From Rhizaria sp. SCN 62-66 (lineage: Eukaryota), in the NCBI GenBank assembly GCA_001724265.1, contig MEDY01000009.1, positions 1-64,000 on the forward strand: a stretch of 64,000 bases of DNA, given 5' to 3'. This document shows positions 60,113 through 64,000 of the stretch, in pieces. The notes below the pieces were generated by a model that had not been told where the DNA came from, ran no database searches, and was given only the letters and a program-made list of their open reading frames with translations. The position numbers and the translations under genes were made by a program. Within the stretch, counting starts at the first letter, position 1; each line of letters begins with the position of its first letter.

Positions 60113-61831
60113 ATGTCCCACAAGCCCACTTCCCCGATCACAATCAACACCGACGTCGACTCGCGCCGCATCAAGGCCCGCATGGCGCACGCCCGCGCGC
60201 GCCGCATGCGTTCCGCTGAGGCGGACGTTGACGCTGAAGACTTCGACGCCGACGCCGACGACCTTGACGACGACCTGGACGGCGACGACCAGGACCACGA
60301 CGATTTCGGCGATGACGTCGCCGGCGACTGGGTCATTTCGCCCTCGGCCCGCCTCGTCCGCGTCGAGAACGCCGACCCCATTGCGCCGCTGCACACGTAC
60401 GCTGAGTACAAGACGAGCGTGCGCGCCGCGCTCGACGCCTTCTTCGCCGCGGGCGGGCGCCAGGCCGACACCGAGTCCGTCGCAAGCCCCGGCGGCAGCG
60501 CCGCGCGCTCCCCGCTTAACGTCTTCCTCGACGCCGTGCGCCCACCCGCCAGCAGCGGCAGCGGCAGCGCCGTCGGCACCCCCGGCGCGGGCAGCCTGGC
60601 CGTGGCCGCCGCCTCTGACTCCCCCGCGGGCGACGGCAGCGGTGCCGGCTCCGCCTCTGCCGGCGACGGCAACGTCGCGCCGGGCGGCTCCCCGCTCGCC
60701 GGCGGCGCCATGGTGGCCTCGACCAGCGGCGCTAGCGGCGCGACGTCGCTGGACGACGCCATCGCCGACGCCGACAAACAGTTCTTGCAGCAGCGCAACG
60801 CGCGCTTCGTGGGCGAGCTGCCCTTCCTTATCCTGCAGCGCGCGCTGCTGGCGCAGGACGCCGAGGCGGCCCGCTGCCCTGCGCTCGTGCAGGCGCGCGA
60901 CCTGCTTTCGGCGCTGCTCGACTGCGCCTTTGTCACGCGCGCACAGGTCCTCCGCGGACTCGCGCGTGTGCAGGACTCGTTCGACGACCTGCTGCTCGAC
61001 GTGCCTCGCGCGCCCGCGCTGCTAGAGCCCGTGATCGCGTTCTTGCAGAGCGAGGGCATCGCCTCGGACAAGGACGCGCGTTTCCTGCGTCTGCGCGCTG
61101 TGCTGGCCGCGGACCCGCGCTCGCAGTGCGCAGGCTTCGACCCCGCGGCCGCCAAGCAGGCTCTGTCGCTCGCGGTCACCGACGCCCTGCGTGCGTCCAC
61201 GGTCGCCATCTCGGCCGCCATCCTCGCCGACGCCGCCGCGGCCATCGAGGTCGCCGTCGCGCAGAGCAAGGGCGACACTAGCGCCGGCTGCAGCGACGCC
61301 GCGACTGCCGCTGCTGACAGCGAGGCGCGGTCGGCCGTGGCGCGCGATTGGCTGGGCTGCGAGATCGCCAAGCAGCTCATCCGCAAGCGCGTCGAGGCCA
61401 CCGCGCCGCAGCACCAGCACTTCGCGCGGCGTGTGCTGGCGGCCGTTGGCGGCGGCAGCGCCGAGATCACGGCGCCGCCCACCGTCCACGCCAGCAGCGC
61501 CGCCGCCGTTCAGAGCGGCGCCGCAGCGGCCGCGGCCGAGAGCCACCTGACGCGGCTGCCCGCGCACGGCACCATCCTCATCTCGACGGTGCAGGCCGAG
61601 CGCGCCTTCGCGCTGCTGCTGCGCCGCTGCGACGACCTCGTGCTCGATATCCCGCGCGCCGAGCCGGCGCTGGCGCTTGCTCTCGCGTGCGCAGTCAAGG
61701 ATGAGACCGTGTCGCAGGGCTTCCTGGCCACGCTCGCGCTCGCGCCCGAGGAGGCCGCGGGCCGCGTCGTCGAGAGCGCGCGCAGGCACGTGCTCGCCCA
61801 CGGCGGCGCCAGCGTCGTCGACGACGAGTAA
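60113..61831 (+). CDS. MA3-domain (PDCD4/MRF-like) translation regulator, ~572 aa
   Basis: Two MA3 signatures: RGLARVQDSFDDLLLDVPRAPALL and RAFALLLRRCDDLVLDIPRAEPAL. Ends in TAA. Confidence 0.75.
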   Translation: MSHKPTSPITINTDVDSRRIKARMAHARARRMRSAEADVDAEDFDADADDLDDDLDGDDQDHDDFGDDVAGDWVISPSARLVRVENADPIAPLHTYAEYKTSVRAALDAFFAAGGRQADTESVASPGGSAARSPLNVFLDAVRPPASSGSGSAVGTPGAGSLAVAAASDSPAGDGSGAGSASAGDGNVAPGGSPLAGGAMVASTSGASGATSLDDAIADADKQFLQQRNARFVGELPFLILQRALLAQDAEAARCPALVQARDLLSALLDCAFVTRAQVLRGLARVQDSFDDLLLDVPRAPALLEPVIAFLQSEGIASDKDARFLRLRAVLAADPRSQCAGFDPAAAKQALSLAVTDALRASTVAISAAILADAAAAIEVAVAQSKGDTSAGCSDAATAAADSEARSAVARDWLGCEIAKQLIRKRVEATAPQHQHFARRVLAAVGGGSAEITAPPTVHASSAAAVQSGAAAAAAESHLTRLPAHGTILISTVQAERAFALLLRRCDDLVLDIPRAEPALALALACAVKDETVSQGFLATLALAPEEAAGRVVESARRHVLAHGGASVVDDE

Positions 61832-62278
61832 GCGACGAGAAAAAGAAACATAACCGCAAGAAAAATTGAGAGTTAGTGTACAGTTGTGACCTTGTTTACT
61901 GTTTGTAGTTGGTGATTGATTATTGCGAGTATGAAGATGCTCCCTGGTGTGAATATAATAATAACTAAACGAAGATGTCGTATCTCAAAATGTAAATTAA
62001 TCAGATAAGTGTTTATTATTGGTTGTTGTTGCGCGTAATCAGAGACGCTGTACACACAAAAATATGAGAAAAGAACAATGCAGTTGATTCACGTATGTTG
62101 CTTGTGCTTGTAAACGAAAAAGAAACATTACTAAGAAAAAAACACAAATTGACGTGAAAACGGATGAAATTAGAATTGGTATGGGTATTACCGAGAAAGA
62201 AACGACGCTTAATACAACAATGACTTGTTTTCCTAATTGGTAATCATGAGTTGTACTGATGAAGCACATGTGCCCATT

Positions 62279-64000
62279 TTAGAACTTAACTCCAGTCGTG
62301 GTGCTCGCGCGAGTGGGCCTGATGTCAGGCAGCGAGCTGGGGACGGCGCCGCTGCCGTTGACGCCACCGGTGGTGCTGGGGCGCGACTGCGGGGCGAACG
62401 AGCCCGATAGTGAGGGCCCGCCGCGCGAGCGGAGGTCCATGCGTGCGAGCCCCAGCGCCTGCGGGGACTGCGCGCCGCCCACACCGCCGATGGAGCTAGC
62501 GAAGCCGGCGGCGGTGCTGGGCGGCGAGAAGGCCGGGAGCTCGGAGCCGGGCAGCGGGGGCAGCGCGGCGAAGGTACGGCGGCGCAGCGCCTCGAGCTGC
62601 GTGCGCAGGAAGGCGATCTCGCGCGACTGCAGCTTGGCGAGGTCCACCAGCTGGCGCCGCATCGTCACCTCCTTCATCTTGCGGCCCTGGCCGGAGCTGG
62701 CGTGGTCGCCAATCACGTCCGTCACCGCCGCGGCCGCGGCCGCAGTCGTGCCCGCGCCGGGGGGCGCGTTGACGGTGCCTGCGGCAACGGCGGCGAGCAC
62801 GGCCTCGAGGCTCTCGGCCGCGGCGGGCTCGAGTCCCAGGTCGCCCTCGACGTCCATGGCCAGCGCGACGATGTTGGGCATGCCGCCGTCGGCGCCCTGT
62901 AGCGCCGTCGCGGTGCCCGGACGGCTGCCGCGGGACATCGGGCGCGGCGCGGCGCGCGAGGCGGGACGCGGGCCGGAGCCGGAGCGCAGAGTGGCGACGT
63001 GCGCGCGCTCCGCCACAGCCGCGGCGAGCAGCTTGACTGTCGAGATAAGTCTCGCGTTCTCGCGCTGGCGCTGGCCCGCGGCCGCGGCGAGCTGTGCCAG
63101 AGTATCCTGGCGCACGCGGAGACGGCCGCCCGCGGTCAGGCGCGCGAAGTCGACCTGGCGCTCGAGCTGCGCCTGCGTGGCGGCCTGCGCGGCTGACTGC
63201 GCGTGCGCGTCCGCCTCCTCAGTTTCAGCACGGAAGAAGGCCTCCGCGTCGCCACCCTCGGCGCCCGGCTCGCCCTTGGCGCTGGCGGCGCGCACCGCTG
63301 CCTGCAGTGACTTAGTTACGCGCAGCAGGTGCAGCTCGGCGGTCAGGTCGGCGGCGTCGGCGCGCTCAAGCTCGAGACGAACCAGGTCGCGCGCAGAGGC
63401 GGCGTTGGCAACCTTACCCTCGGCGCGCTGGCGCATGCGATTGACCTTCTCGTTGCCGGCGACGGTGACGGCGGCGTTGAGCGCGTGGACCCACTTGAGC
63501 GGGCACAGCAGAGCGTCTGAGCGGTCCGGCACCACGGCCACGGCGAGCGCGCCCAGCGCGGACGACGAGGCCTCCTCTGCGACCGTGGTGGCGCCGAAGC
63601 CCGCAGCGTCGAGCTCCACGGAGCCGTTCTGCAGCGAGATGGTGAGTTCGCAGTCGAGCGGGGAGCGCACGGTGCCGGAGACGGTGAGACCCGCAGCGAC
63701 GCAGGCCGGCGAGGGCGCCACGGCGGCCGCGAGGCGCGCGCGCGCGAGACGGCGGCGCGCGCGCTGCATCACGGCGGCGTCCTCGGAGGCCTCGGACACG
63801 GCGAGCGTGAGCGCGTCGTAGCTGTGCGCGAGCTCCATGAGGAAGTCGGCCAGACGCTGGCAGCGCAGCTCGCGCTCCCATTGAGCGCGGCGACGCCTGG
63901 CGAGCGTGCGGCGCCACTCGGACGGGCCCGTGCCGGCAGCGGCGCCAGCGGCAGCAGCGGCGACCGCGGCGGCAGCGAGGTCGTCGTCGGCCGAGTCGGA
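62279..64000 (-). CDS. CFAP43: CFAP43 (WDR96)-like cilia/flagella protein, C-terminal part; 5' end lies beyond the window
   Basis: Frame stays open to the window edge. LDCELTISLQNGSVEL, DALL...VHALN...GNEKV, LHLLRVTKSLQ and RRQLVDLAKLQSREIAFLRTQLEALRRRTFAAL resemble the CFAP43 C-terminus. Ends in TAA. Confidence 0.8.
   Translation of the reverse strand, partial: SDSADDDLAAAAVAAAAAGAAAGTGPSEWRRTLARRRRAQWERELRCQRLADFLMELAHSYDALTLAVSEASEDAAVMQRARRRLARARLAAAVAPSPACVAAGLTVSGTVRSPLDCELTISLQNGSVELDAAGFGATTVAEEASSSALGALAVAVVPDRSDALLCPLKWVHALNAAVTVAGNEKVNRMRQRAEGKVANAASARDLVRLELERADAADLTAELHLLRVTKSLQAAVRAASAKGEPGAEGGDAEAFFRAETEEADAHAQSAAQAATQAQLERQVDFARLTAGGRLRVRQDTLAQLAAAAGQRQRENARLISTVKLLAAAVAERAHVATLRSGSGPRPASRAAPRPMSRGSRPGTATALQGADGGMPNIVALAMDVEGDLGLEPAAAESLEAVLAAVAAGTVNAPPGAGTTAAAAAAVTDVIGDHASSGQGRKMKEVTMRRQLVDLAKLQSREIAFLRTQLEALRRRTFAALPPLPGSELPAFSPPSTAAGFASSIGGVGGAQSPQALGLARMDLRSRGGPSLSGSFAPQSRPSTTGGVNGSGAVPSSLPDIRPTRASTTTGVKF

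Overview
This is gene-dense nuclear DNA from a flagellated, mitochondrion-bearing unicellular eukaryote. Exons are very GC-rich and inflated with Ala/Ser/Gly runs, intergenic spacers are AT-rich, and there are six short (100-198 nt) GT-AG introns. Fourteen protein genes were reconstructed: an Ala-rich coiled-coil protein, mitochondrial-type MetRS, an F-BAR/SH3/RGS protein, EFHB-like, GMPPB, PSMB4, FYVE-ELMO, adenylate kinase, an RIIa/EF-hand protein, a ~4,370-aa surface protein, a DUF229-like protein, a Frizzled/Smoothened-like GPCR, an MA3/PDCD4-like protein and the 3' end of CFAP43. Main finding: four genes carry a single in-frame TAG inside the coding sequence (7219, 16976, 27458, 34400), three of them interrupting recognisable conserved domains. 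All 14 genes end in TAA (8) or TGA (6), never TAG. This points to a variant nuclear genetic code in which UAG alone is a rare sense codon (probably Gln or Glu) while UAA and UGA remain stops. All family assignments are from motifs recognised by eye, with no database search.
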